A stretch of 64,000 bases of DNA from Vicugna vicugna (lineage: Eukaryota), in assembly GCA_013265495.1 (NCBI GenBank), contig MU058781.1, forward strand, positions 5,273,050-5,337,049, read 5' to 3'. Both the position numbers and the translations under genes were made by a program. Positions within the stretch are counted from its first letter, which is position 1, and each line of letters starts with the position of its first letter. This document shows, in pieces, positions 38,150-49,628 of this stretch. A model generated the notes under the pieces. The model searched no databases, was not told the DNA's origin, and was given only the letters and a program-made list of their open reading frames with translations.

Positions 38150-38353
38150 AACTAACAGTGATCCTTTGATGTTCCAACTACCTGGTTTTTGTTGCAGAAA
38201 CCCCTATATAATCTGGCTCCTCCCTTACCTCTTCAGAGGTGTCTCTTAGGGCTATCTGAGAGGCTGCCTCCGGGGCGCAAGTCCTCGGGAAGTTCACCGA
38301 GTAAAACAGAATTCTCAGCTTTTAGGTTGTACTTTTTTTTTTCCCCAGTCAAC
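38150..38353 (+). mobile_element. ERV1-class LTR, 3' part
   Basis: cccctatataa TATA-like box; gctatctgagaggctgcctccggg; ends cagtcaaca. Confidence 0.6.
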
Positions 38354-39074
38354 AGAAGGATGAATCCCACCCAATGTGGGATTGATGTTCTTTGAACCTT
38401 TAGTTCAAAGAGCCCCCGTGAACTCCAAATCTCAAAGACTTTTCACCAAAATGGCCATTTATTTCAGCCAGAGATGTACTCTTCCAAGGGAGAAGCGACT
38501 GCCCCGCAGAATCAGGAGTTCAGACTCCATCAGTAATAAGACACATGGATGTCACAAAGTATGTGACCGTGTGCCCTCGACTGGGTTCCATGGTGTGGGG
38601 CTGAAGAGCTGCTCCCTTCCAGGCAGTGGGTTGCTCTCTGTAGGGACCCAGGGTGCTCCTGAGACGCCTTTAAAAGCTCACTTGAATGGGGCATTTTCTG
38701 TGTGGTCTGCTCAGACCACCTCCACACTGGCCTCCACCGTTCTAACTGCTACCAGAGAGTTTAGCACTTCAGTATTTGAGGCAGGGTAGCACCCACAGCT
38801 AGTACCGTGGGCGCATCGGGAGCGGAGGCTGTTTGCTGTTCGTCTTTGTGTTTCTCACAGCTGCTGTAAACCCCGCGCCTGGGGAAGATGAAGGGACGAT
38901 GCTGAGGACGATGAAAGTGCGGGTCATCATTACTTAAATCCACTTCACCTGTAACCAGCCTTCACTCATCAAGGTCGTTTTAATTGTTGCCACAGAAGAC
39001 TTGCAGGTCCTCCAAGCAGCGCACAGCCTAAACAGCAAGATGTTTGCCCGAGATGTTTTCCAGTAGCTTGGGGT

Positions 39075-39445
39075 CAGCTGTGTCTAATTTGACCTGAGCT
39101 GGTTAGTTTTAGAGACGACCACGACCCTTCAACTGGGCATGCATGAGTGTCCGCCCAGCAACCTTTCGAACATGTGGAGGCCTGAAGCTGAGCTGCACCT
39201 GCGCAGGAGGACCATTACTGCACCTTTTTCCAATCGTCCTTCCCCGCGCCCCCACACTCCCCACGCCCCCCACACCTCTGAATGCCCTGCTTCTTTATTC
39301 TTTAACCATCAATACCCCAAGCCTCTCAACTTTGGGGAGGCAGATTTGAGGTTTGTTCTGTCCTCTCTTTGCTTGGCTGCCTTGCAGATAAGCCCTCTCT
39401 TTGCTGCAAACCTTGGTGTCTCAGCATTCTGGCTTGTAACTAACA
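39075..39445 (+). mobile_element. ERV1-class LTR fragment
   Basis: ttggggaggcagatttgaggtttgttc...gcttggctgccttgcagataagccctctctttgctgcaaacc. Confidence 0.6.
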
Positions 39446-39489
39446 TCTATTGACAGGGGAAGCTGGGATGGAGCCCTTTTCATGGGTCT

Positions 39490-39575
39490 CCTCACTTCAT
39501 TCTCCCAGGAACCTTTTGAGATACAGATAAGAAACTGAGGCTGGAAAAGGATAAAAGGCTGGTCAAGGTTACTGT
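39490..39575 (-). mobile_element. MIR fragment
   Basis: tacagataagaaactgaggct...ggtcaaggttac. Confidence 0.6.
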
Positions 39576-39579
39576 CCTG

Positions 39580-40260
39580 AGTTGTGTAGTGTCCTTGAAA
39601 ATGCATGTCTGCCTGGAACCTGTGAATATGACCTTCTTTGGAAATAGGGTCTTTGTGGAATTCTTTAATTCAGTTAAAATGAGGTTGTAGGGGAGGGAAA
39701 AATAGTTTTCCCTCAACCCTTCTAAGTTCTCAGCTGGGACAACTGTGACAAAAGACAGGTTCACCAGGGAATAAACCAACAGAGGTTTATTAACATGTAT
39801 GCCTTCTGTGTACATGGGAGCTGCTCAGAGGCGGCTTAGAATTTAGGCTTAAATACCACTTTTGGCTAAAGATGAAAGAGAAGAGTCTGGAGGAGGCCAG
39901 TTACGGGAAGATGACCAGAAAAGCTTTAGGGTGAGCCCTAAATGTTGGTGTCCTCACAAAAGGAGGGAGATTTGGACACGCACAGAGGGTACCCCCAGGG
40001 AAGACTGCCTTGTGAAGACAGAAACAGTGGTTGGAGTTCTGCTGCCAAAGCTGGGGACCAGCAGGGACTACTGGTGACTGCCAGAAGCCAAGAGAGGGCC
40101 CCGGAACAGATCTTTCTCTTGGAGCCCCCAGCAGGAACCAACCCTGCTGACATCTTGATTTTGGACCTCTGGCCTCCAGAACTCTGAGAGAATAAATGTC
40201 TGCTGTTTTAAGAGTTCCTGTTTGTGGTAACTTGTTCTAGCAGCCTGTGCAGACTGCACA
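39580..40260 (+). mobile_element. MaLR LTR (MLT1C-like), interrupted by a MER34-like LTR
   Basis: ggaacctgtgaatatgaccttctttggaaatagggtc | ttagggtgagccctaaat...ggaaccaaccctgctgacatcttgattttggac. Confidence 0.85.
39686..39924 (-). mobile_element. MER34-family ERV1 LTR, 3' fragment
   Basis: reverse complement ends tcccagctgagaacttagaagggttgagggaaaactatttttccctcccctaca. Confidence 0.75.
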
Positions 40261-41804
40261 GTCCCATAGGAGTCTAACAGACACGTGGTTGACCTCACTG
40301 ACCTGGGCAGCGACTAAACCAGCCTATACTCAGCTCCCTCGTCTGAGAGAGCTGGGTGGTGCTGGCTGCTACAAGAATCCAACAGGATAACTCTTCTGCC
40401 ACAGCACCATTCTTGGCACTCGGCACACTCTGTTGTTTGTTAGAGCACTTCACAAAGCGTTTGACATGCACAGAGAGCCCCTAGAAGCATCAGCGTGGGG
40501 GGGCTGAGCGCCAGGCAGCTTCTCCACCTGGGCCTTGTAACCCTAGAGGGAATGTCAGCATGTGGGGAGAGCGACGCCCAGCAATGGTCCCACACACCCA
40601 CCCCCAGTCTTTCTCAGGCCCATCCTTCAGGGTCTGTGAAGTAGCAAGCAATGTAATTGATTCAAGGATGAGTTGTGTCCACAGTGGGCCTGAAACGCTG
40701 AAGGCAGCATGTTCAGGAACAGGAAAGAGGCAAGATATCTATTTCCAGCGAGTTAAAGTGGAACTATACTCACTTTGGCCTCCCCACCCCCTCTCCCACT
40801 TAGTCTTTCAGCAAGAAAATCATGACAGCTCTCCGTCTCTCTGAGGTACTGTAACAGACAGCATTTCCAGTGGATAACATTGCCATGTGGGGATTTGGGA
40901 CGCTGGTCTCTGAGGAGGCAGATGTCCCAGGAGGAGGTCCGTGCAGACCCACAGGGAGGGCTGTCAGGATCTACGACCCAGCAAGCTCCTGCCAGGATCT
41001 CCCTCACGCTGACATCTCAACGGACTTGAACCACTAGCCTTATTTTAACTCACAGAATTGTATAGGTTTCTGCTCTCATCTTTTCCCTTAGCTAGAATTT
41101 TTTTCCCCAATATATCCATTTTGACTCAAAAGGAAATTATAATAGGGAAGAAATCAAATCTTCACCTCACTAGGAAGCAAACAGGCGTTGGAGAGGTTGG
41201 AGAGTGTTCCCAATTAAAGTACAGGAAAAAAAAACAGTGTGACAGGCAGACCACAGGGAAATGCTTTTCATTTATTCAAAGAGTCACCTATTAGAAAGAA
41301 CCAATCTGTCAGAAATACTAACCGGGCATGGGTGTAGATTTAGAACAAAGACTACAGTTAAAAACAGAAACAAGCCCGTTTTGGTGGATCTGAGCTAGAC
41401 AGCAGGTCTGTTTATAAATGCACCTGGGAGCAGGGGTGCCCAGCCTGGTTAGAAAGGATGGAGAGTTGCTCTTCTCAGATCCATTGTGTTTGGGATACCT
41501 GGCTGCTTGAGATAAGAGAGGGGCCCAGGAAGGTGGCAGAAGCAGCATTTTGCCTGGTTAGACCAGATGTGGGGGTTGGCTGTTTCTAGCAGAGCTGTGT
41601 GGCTTTACATCCCCAGTGCAATGATTGATGATGTCATTTGTTTACAACTAAAATACGTAGTACTACACACGCGTAAAGCCTCGCCGAGTCTTCCGGGCCA
41701 GCCAGGAGCCAGTTGCTGTTGACATCTCCACTTCACAGACTAGCAGACTGTTCCTGTGATGAAGCATCAGCTTATAATGATTCATTTTGGACCCAGACAA
41801 TCTG

Positions 41805-42195
41805 CTGATTTTATCTGCTCTTTCAAAAAACTAGCACTTGGTTTGATTTATTTTTTCTATTGTTTTTTTAAATCTCTATTTTATTTCCTCCCTGATCTTC
41901 ATTATTTCTTTCCTTCTGCTGACTTTGGGTTTTGTTGGTTCTCCTTTTTCTAATTCTTTTAGATGGTAGGTTATGTTGTTTTATTTGAGATTGTTCTTAT
42001 TTTTTGAGGAAGGCCTGTATCTCTACGAACTTCCCTCTTAGGATTGCTTTTGCTGCATCCCATAGATTTCGTGCGATTGTGTTTTCATTGTCATTTGTCT
42101 CAAGGTGTTTTTTAAGTTCTTCTTTGATTTCATCATTGACCCATTGGTTTCTTAGTAGCATGTTGTTTAGTCTCCATGCAGTCATTTTCTTCTGA
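41805..42195 (-). mobile_element. Internal L1 ORF2 fragment (just after the endonuclease domain), no 3'UTR or tail
   Basis: ORF 41997-42185 reads WRLNNMLLRNQWVNDEIKEELKKHLETNDNENT..NLWDAAKAILRGKF, a typical L1 ORF2p segment. Confidence 0.92.
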
Positions 42196-42277
42196 TTTGG
42201 ACTCAGATGGTCTGGAATTAGTTGGCTGTGCTGGTTTACTCATCAAGGGGTCTCTTTATCACAGAAATAGCAAATTT

Positions 42278-42555
42278 TCATTCCAGAAATATTTGCTGAG
42301 ATTGAGTGCTGGGTACTGTGCCTGGTGCAGGGGTTGGGGGTAGAAATGTGAATCAAATGCAGGCTTGAGCCACTGGGAGCCCATCCTCTGGTGGAGAAGA
42401 CAGACACAAACAATGAGGGAATGAGCGGGTGGGCACAGAGAGCTGTATGGGACCTAGAAAGTCTCCTGATTTAGCTGGGCAGTATGGTGGTATCAGGAAA
42501 GGCTTCCCGATGGAGGTAGACTTCAAAGGATGAAGGGGGAGTTAGTGGGCAGAGC
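42278..42555 (-). mobile_element. L2 LINE 3' fragment
   Basis: cattccagaaatatttgctgag...tggtggagaagacagac...tcaggaaaggcttccc. Confidence 0.7.
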
Positions 42556-42574
42556 ACTGGTGAAGAGTATGCAT

Positions 42575-42795
42575 GTGGTGGATGAGATGTGTGTGGTGTG
42601 TGCACAGCGTGTGGGGTGGAGATGTGTGAGCTGTGTGAGGGTGTGTGTGTTTAGTATGTGCTGTATATGTATATTTTTATGTGTGTGTGTCTCTGAGGTG
42701 TGTATGTGGGGTGTGTGTATGTAACAGGTGAAGTGTAGGTGGGTGTGTGTCTGAGTGTGTGATGTGAGATATGTGAGTGTGTGAGGTGTCTATGT
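42575..42795. repeat. Degenerate TG-rich low-complexity tract
   Basis: direct reading. Confidence 0.8.
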
Positions 42796-42796
42796 A

Positions 42797-43152
42797 CTGT
42801 TACTCCTCAGTTTCCTCAGGGGATTGATTCTAGAAATCCCCCCAGCCATGGATACCAAAATTCTACATGTTCAGCTCCCTTGCATAAAAGGCATAGCATT
42901 TGCATACAACCTACATATGTCCTCCCGTATACTTTAAATGCTCTCTAGATTACTTACAACACCTAACACAATGTAAATGCTATTTAAATAGTTGTAAATA
43001 CAATGTAAATACTATGTAACTAGTTGTCAGTGTGAGGCAAATTTAAGTTTTGCTTTTTGGAACTTTCCGGAATCCTTTTCTTTCCAAATATTTTTGATCT
43101 GTGGTTGGTTGAATCTGTGGATGTGGAACTCACTGATATGAAGAGCTGACTG
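42797..43152. mobile_element. MER2/MER2B TcMar-Tigger MITE
   Basis: ggataccaaaatt...atttgcatacaacctacatatgtcctcccgtatactttaaat...ggttggttgaatctgtggatgtggaac. Confidence 0.88.
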
Positions 43153-43197
43153 TGTGTGCAGCTTGTGAGGAATATGTGTGTGTCTTTGAGATGTATA

Positions 43198-43734
43198 TAA
43201 AGGGGATCAGAATATATTACCCCAAAATACACTGTTGTGGTGTAAGGGTTATTTTGAGCTAAAGGCAACTGCAGAAGCAGCAGGCACAAGGAAAACTCAC
43301 TGCCCTCCTATTCTCTACCTGAGAGCATAAAATTCCCTTTGTGAAGGCGTCTCCCTTCCCCTCTCCAATCCCAGGAAGGGGAGAATGAATCTTACCACGG
43401 AGACAGCACTGAGATGAGTCTCATAAACAGGACCTTACTAACTAACCTTTATCACCCATTAGTTTCCCACATTTATTTACCTTCCTGCCTTTGACTGCCC
43501 CTAAAGTCTAAACCCCTTTGCCTTGGTCTTGTCACTTCTACACAAATGTACTGCTCTTTGTTACAGTGATGTATGGAGACCTTGGGTCTAACTGCTTCAC
43601 CATTTTTCTATGAAGGCCTCTGTATGCATATGTAATGAACTATTTCTCTCTTAACCTATCTTTTATCAGCTTAATTCATAGATCCCAGCCTCAGAACCTA
43701 AGAGGTTAGGGACAAAACCTTTTCTTACCCTGCA
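43198..43734 (+). mobile_element. MER34/MER39-family ERV1 solo LTR
   Basis: aggggatcagaatatattaccccaaaata...ttattttgagctaaaggcaa start; gaacctaagaggttaggg...cttaccctgca end; tata/cata flanks. Confidence 0.8.
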
Positions 43735-44861
43735 CATACGTGGTGCGTGCGTGTGCGTGTATGTAGCAGTGGAGGAGGTCTACAAGCAGGTTCACCTGCA
43801 GAGTCAGAATGTGAGGAGAGGCGAAGGGGTGAGCAGGGGCTGGATCACCGAGAAGCAGGCCGTCTTGCGATGCCAACCTTCATGTGAAACACACGTCCAT
43901 GAGATAAAGAGGATTATTTTTCCTCTCTGAAAGGGTGGGGCCACCTAGGACCTCGTAGGCACTTGGTACAGTCAGCCTCCTTCAGGCACTTAAATCAGGG
44001 CCGTGGTGGATTACCTTCCCTGATATAACCAAACAGAGGGAAAATGATACAAAGGAAATCTGGCCCCGGGAAATGAAGACAATAGATGAATTAACTGATA
44101 CTTAAAAGAGAGCCTAAATGTCTTGGTTTGAATGTTTCCTGATTGTGTATAGAAGACCACTTCAGAGAGAACTAAAACCTCAACCCGAGCGGCCCCATGG
44201 AGGTCTCCAGGGATCTCAGTGGGTGTTACAAATCCTCCAAAGAAATGAAGTCTAATTAACTTTATAGAAGTTTCGAGGGACGGGTAGGAGGCCAGTGGCA
44301 CATTCTAAATTTTAATACATTTTTAAAAGTAGTCAAGGCTCACCATGTCCCCCTCCCTGGAGCTTTAAAAATGTAAGTTTAGGAATCACTATTTTGTAGT
44401 TTTAAGTAATGAGATTTGAGGTATTTTTTTGCAAAAGATGAATGAGAACACCACTCACTCGGCTCCAGAGATACTTATTACAGATTTCCCGAGAAAAATG
44501 GCATTTCTCTAACCACCTCACTGACTGGTTCCTTTGAAGAAGGCAGGAAGCTATGTTTTCTGGGATAAGACTGAAATTGGAAAATATTGTGGGAATTTCG
44601 GTATTTTTTTAAAAGGCCAGCTTGAAGATGAAAGGCTTGTATTTCCAAAGAAGGAATAGTTTGGGGAATCTTAGATGAACTGTAGCTTGGACCCAGTATA
44701 ATTGCAAAGGTCATTCTTGCTTTAGAAGAGCTGCACTGCTTTATGAGAGAATGGGCATGACGACTGACTTAACAGGGGCTCAGACTGCGGTCTGGCTAAT
44801 AGTGTGACAGTTCAGCCTGCCCTGGACGAAGTTATGTATTAGGCCAAGAATGTCAAGAAGG

Positions 44862-45285
44862 TGTATCAGTTACAAAATTATCCCCCAATGTAGCAGTTTA
44901 AAACAACAAACATTCATTATTTCACATCATTTCTGATGGTCAGGAATCTGGGAGTGGCTAAGCTGGGTGGTTCTGGACCAGTGCCTCTCATGAGATTGTG
45001 GTCAGGATGTTGACATAAGCCAGGGCTGTAATCATCTAAAGACTTTGCCCAGGGCTGGAAGATCCACTTCCAAACTCACTACCTCACACATGGCCCCGTC
45101 CTAGGACTGCTCATGACCTGGTAGCTGGTTTCCCCCAGAGTAAGTGATCTGAGGTAGAGATACCAAGACAGTGGCCACCATGTCCTGTATAATCTCATCT
45201 TGGAAGGGACACACCATCACTTCTGCTGTGTTCTACTGGTCTCACAGACCACAAGGGCGTGCATCCAGGAGCACACTGATTACAC
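44862..45285 (-). mobile_element. MaLR LTR (MLT1H-like)
   Basis: ttaaaacaacaaacattcattatttcac...ggtcaggaatctgggagtggctaagctgggtggttctgg. Confidence 0.8.
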
Positions 45286-45309
45286 TTACTCCTGCCAGGT
45301 CCCCTGGAA

Positions 45310-45480
45310 GCCTGGCTCAGCCGCTTATGTATTCCCTGTGTGACCTTAGGCAAGTTCCTTAAACTCCTTGTGTCTCCATTTTCTCATTTATAAAACAGAA
45401 ATATGTGTCCCCATCTCAACTTAATGTATGCAAGGCACCCAGAACAAGGCCTGGCAGGTTGTGAGTACCATGTGAGCAGG
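45310..45480 (+). mobile_element. MIR SINE
   Basis: ctgtgtgaccttaggcaagttccttaa...ttttctcatttataaaa. Confidence 0.7.
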
Positions 45481-46046
45481 AGCTCTTCCCATCAGTCTCC
45501 GTCCTGATGGCCTTATGTTGTAGTTCTGCCTCAACTCCTTGGTTGCCCACGCCCTGCTTCTCTCCTTCTCCCTTGCAAAAGAACTTACTTTGCTTTGCAA
45601 TGTCTCATTTGTACTGATTGATAACAGTATTTAAGACTGATAACAATTTAAGATTGATAACACCTTCTGGGCATGTTTTCATATTAACTGGGAATAATGT
45701 CTTGAGCTTAGAAGTGAAGCTGCCAACCGTGTACAGGGGAAGTACTTTGAAGAGGTGGCTGGAGTTTTCCTAGTTTCCTGGAATTTCCTCTTTGAAAGCA
45801 TAACACATATTGATATATACCCTATGATGAATATAGCTCTAGGAACTGATAAGTTACGGTTAAAAGATATTTCAGAAATGTCTTAGAAAGACTAACACTG
45901 AAGTTTTTATGTCAGTATACCTTGAACTAGAGTCGTGTGTGTGTGTAGTCAATGTATCTTCAATGGAAATGTGTGTGTGTGTATATAACATATATAGTAA
46001 TTTATGACATATATATGATTTTTTTCCTCTTTAAAAGGAATGCATA

Positions 46047-47107
46047 TACATCAAAATTAATAACATCTGTGCATCAAGGACACCATCAGCAGAGTGAAAA
46101 GGCCACCTACAGAACGGGAGAAAATGTAAATCATATTTCTGATAAGGGGTTAACATCCAGAATATACACACAACTCCTACAACTCAACAACAACAACAAA
46201 AACCTGATTAAAAAATGAACAAAGGACTTGACTGACACTTCACCAAAGAAGATACAGAAATGGCCAACAAATACCTGAAAAGATGCTCAACATCACTGAT
46301 CATTAAGGAAATTCAAATCAAAGCCAAGATGAGATACCACCTCACATCCATTAGGATGGCCACTATTAAAAAAAAAAACTACAACAGGAAATAGCAAGTG
46401 TTGGCAGGGATGTAGAAAAATTGGAACTCTTGTGCCCTGCTGGTGGGAATGTAAAATGATGTAGCTGCTGTGGAAAACAGGATGGCATCTCCTCAAAATA
46501 TTAAAAGTAAAATTACCATAAGATCCAACAATTTTATTTTGGGGTATATACCCAAAAGAATTGAAAGCAAGATCTCAAAGAGAGATTTCTATACCCATAT
46601 TTATAGCAGCATTGTTTACAATAGCCAGAAGGTGGAAGCAACCCAAGTGTATAGACAGATGAATGAATAAACAAAATATGTCATATACGTACAATAGAGT
46701 ATTATTCAGTTTAAGAAGGAAGGAAATTCTGACTTACAACAGATGAAGACGTTAGGCTAAGTGAAAAAAGACAATTACTGTATGATTCCACCTATATGAG
46801 GTACTTAGAATAGTTAAATCCATAGAATGGTGGTTTCTAGGGGCTGGGAGAGGGGTGAATGGGTAGTTATTTTATGGGTATAGAGTTTCAGGTTTTCAAA
46901 GTGAACAAAGTTGTGGAGATTGAACAACAATGTGAATGTACTTAACACTATTTTTTTTAACATTTTTTATTGATTTATAATCATTTTACAATGTTTTGTC
47001 AAATTCCAGTGTTCAGCAACTTAACACTATTGATGTGTTCACTTACTTAAAGGTAAAGATGGCAAATTTTACGTGTATTTTACCACATTAAAATTTTAAA
47101 AAATTTT
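46047..47107 (+). mobile_element. 5'-truncated L1 (L1MB-like), ORF2 end plus 3'UTR
   Basis: gaaaagatgctcaacatcactgatcattaaggaaat; TSD aaaaggaat(g/t)cata at 46033-46046 and 47108-47121, at a TTT/AAAA site. Confidence 0.92.
46953..47018 (-). mobile_element. 66-bp young L1 3' tip nested antisense in the L1MB
   Basis: perfect TSD acttaacactatt at 46940-46952 and 47019-47031; reverse complement is colinear with the L1 terminus at 33635-33690. Confidence 0.9.
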
Positions 47108-48239
47108 AAAAGGAATTCATAACTCAAGATACACGTTATTATGAGTTAAAACTAATGTCAGTTTTTCAGAATATACACATATATATCTAGAAACAAGTAT
47201 CTAATTTCATAGAAAGGACAACTTTACATATTGTTAGTGACTACCAAAGCAGAAGTTTTAAAATAATTTTAATAGAAAGGGAAATGGGAGTATTTTGAAT
47301 TTGAATCATAAAAAATATACTATTTAGGACAATGGGAATCATTTTATTGAGAGCTACAGAGCCATAAGGGAAAATTTGAACAGATAAGGACTATGCAGAA
47401 ATAAAATCGACTTAATTTTCTTAGGTAGAGGTTTTTTTTAAGGAGTGCTATTTAAAGTTGTATCTTTTATTTCACACTACATGGGTATTTTTTTTATTTT
47501 ATTCACATTTAAATGTCACTATTAAACATTGAGCTCAAGTATATGCTGGCCCTGCACTCAGATTTTTGAAAGATAAATGGACAGAGAGAAAATCTAGGGG
47601 GTGGTAAAACTCTATATACCTTTATACATTTAGTAGCACAAGTATGGAGACAAGTCCTGCAATTTGAAGAAAGACCCATTCAGGACAGAGAGGTCCTTGG
47701 TTACTGACAGAATCTCCCCTTGACTTCAGACTTGAGACAAACCAAAGAGTCTGTCAGTTACAAAAAAAAAAACCCACTGAATTTAGAAAAGCAGCAACAG
47801 GACAGATATTAAGGAACTGGCTCTGCCAGCTGGGGTTGTGGGCGCCAGTCTGAAGCGAGCAGGGCTGGCTGGAGGCAGGAGACGTTGCAGCTCAAGCCCA
47901 GGATCTGCAGATGAAAACAGCCGTCTAGAGACAAAACAGTGCTTTCTTCAAAAATCCCTCTGTTTTCCAAACAAGTTCCTGGGATGCTTTCCTCAAACAG
48001 CATGTTACATCTTATTTTTAAGTGAAGACTAAGAAACAAGATTTCACACAACGTGTGCTAATCGATAAATACACACTTTCTCAGGCTCCCCGTTGTGACT
48101 AAAGATGGATAAAGACAGAGACTATAAGGAAGGGACGCAGGGAAGCCCTCCGGAAGGCAGATGGCATGGAGCAGAGGGTTCTGGAGGCTAGCTGAGTGCC
48201 CTCCTCACCTCTTATTAATGCTCAGAATATAATGAGGAC

Positions 48240-48440
48240 CCTAGCCAGTACCCTAGCCCCAGATGGCAACACCACGAAGACTTCTGATTCAATTTTCAAC
48301 TGGAAACTCCTCTTTCTTGGCCTCCCTTCAGGTCCTCTGGGCACACAGAGCAATTACCTTATAAAACCTTGAAACAAGAACGTTTCTCTCCCTTGCTCCA
48401 CCTCCTTTTTTAAGTGCCGTGGGCCAGGGTACTGGCTAGG
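48240..48440. repeat. Inverted repeat, 20-bp arms (19/20), 161-bp spacer
   Basis: cctagccagtaccctagccc (48240-48259) vs gggccagggtactggctagg (48421-48440). Confidence 0.85.
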
Positions 48441-48969
48441 ATACTGGGTATATGACGGACTATCACCTGTTGTTTCCAGACTTCCGAGTGGGAACCAGCA
48501 ACCCCATCAGAGAAGAGAGATCTGGTTTCACGGCAGCGACTGTAATTACTCAGACAGGCCCTGCTGAGGTACAACCGGAGACTTCTCAGACAGGCTTGCT
48601 GGGGAGGGGGGCAGCCGTTAGTCCCACGGTCACCCGAGACGGCTGCCCCAGAGCAGGCTGAGCTGTTGCTCCTGTGAGGTGGTGCTTGTCTTGCTAACGC
48701 CCAGGGCCTCTGTGCCCGGCTCCCACCGGGAAGAGTCAAATGTTAAAAACACGAGGTCCTTCAGTTCTGACAGGCAGCCCTCCCACCCCAACTGGCCTTT
48801 CCTGTCACTCACAGGACTGAACAACCTTTGGAAATCACAAAGGGGCAATATTAACAGTAACACCAGGTGTTCATGGCATGTCTGCATGCCTTGTATAATA
48901 GTCACATCGTTTACACCATCATATGCAAACTTATTTGCAAGCAACAGCAACACAAGTTTGACAGGGTCG

Positions 48970-49110
48970 GTGTCATTCCCATTTTATGAATAAAAACTGT
49001 AAAAGCAGGCTCCAAGAGAGCCACGAAATGCCAGGGATGTCCCCAAGCCCACTTAGTGAGTTAGTTACAGTGAAGGGGCTAGAACTCTACTCTCTGGACT
49101 CTACTCCAAA
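48970..49110 (-). mobile_element. MIR fragment
   Basis: cattcccattttatgaataaaaactg...ggggctagaactc. Confidence 0.5.
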
Positions 49111-49184
49111 GCTAATCAGAAGCAGAAGCCCAAGAGGATTTTGCTGCATTTTCTTTACCAACATGAAAAGAGAGTGACAGTACG

Positions 49185-49216
49185 TTAGAAAACAGCTCCA
49201 TTAGAAAACAGCTCCA
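49185..49216. repeat. Perfect 16-bp tandem duplication
   Basis: ttagaaaacagctcca x2. Confidence 0.9.
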
Positions 49217-49505
49217 TAACATGAAAGGACCACCTGGCCACTTGGCCTTAATTACAACCTTTTTCCCTGCTCCCATCCTGCATAAAGCTGGACAGAAAGT
49301 CTTTAGTGGCTATACCAAGTTTTAGGGGTTCTATGTTGTATTGGAGAACCAGCACCCGAGATCTGAGCTGGGCCTGGATCCCTCAGCAGACCCATTGGTC
49401 CCTGAGTGACACGTCTTCTTTTTCTTCCAATGGAAACGCCTTAGTTTTTCCTGGGACAAATTTGAATAGTCTATGAGTATTTGACAGTCAACTGTGTCTC
49501 GTAAA

Positions 49506-49628
49506 TAGGCTACCACATTTTGCAAATAAATAACAGAGTGTTCAGTTAAATTTTAATTTCAGATAAACTACAATTAATTTTTTTAGTAGGAATATGTCCT
49601 TAATATTGTACTTTATGTGGCAAACCTA
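49506..49628. mobile_element. MER53 hAT MITE, internally deleted
   Basis: gcaaataaataacag...cagttaaattttaatttcagataaac; 8-bp TSD ctcgtaaa/ctcgaaaa. Confidence 0.8.

Noticed and set aside
38780..38960. Small CpG-enriched patch (also near 2460 and 17800, the latter with a NotI site)
   Set aside because: Too short for a CpG island, with no supporting promoter or exon structure.
41997..42185. 62-aa ORF with real protein similarity
   Set aside because: It is a frameshifted L1 ORF2p fragment, not a host gene.
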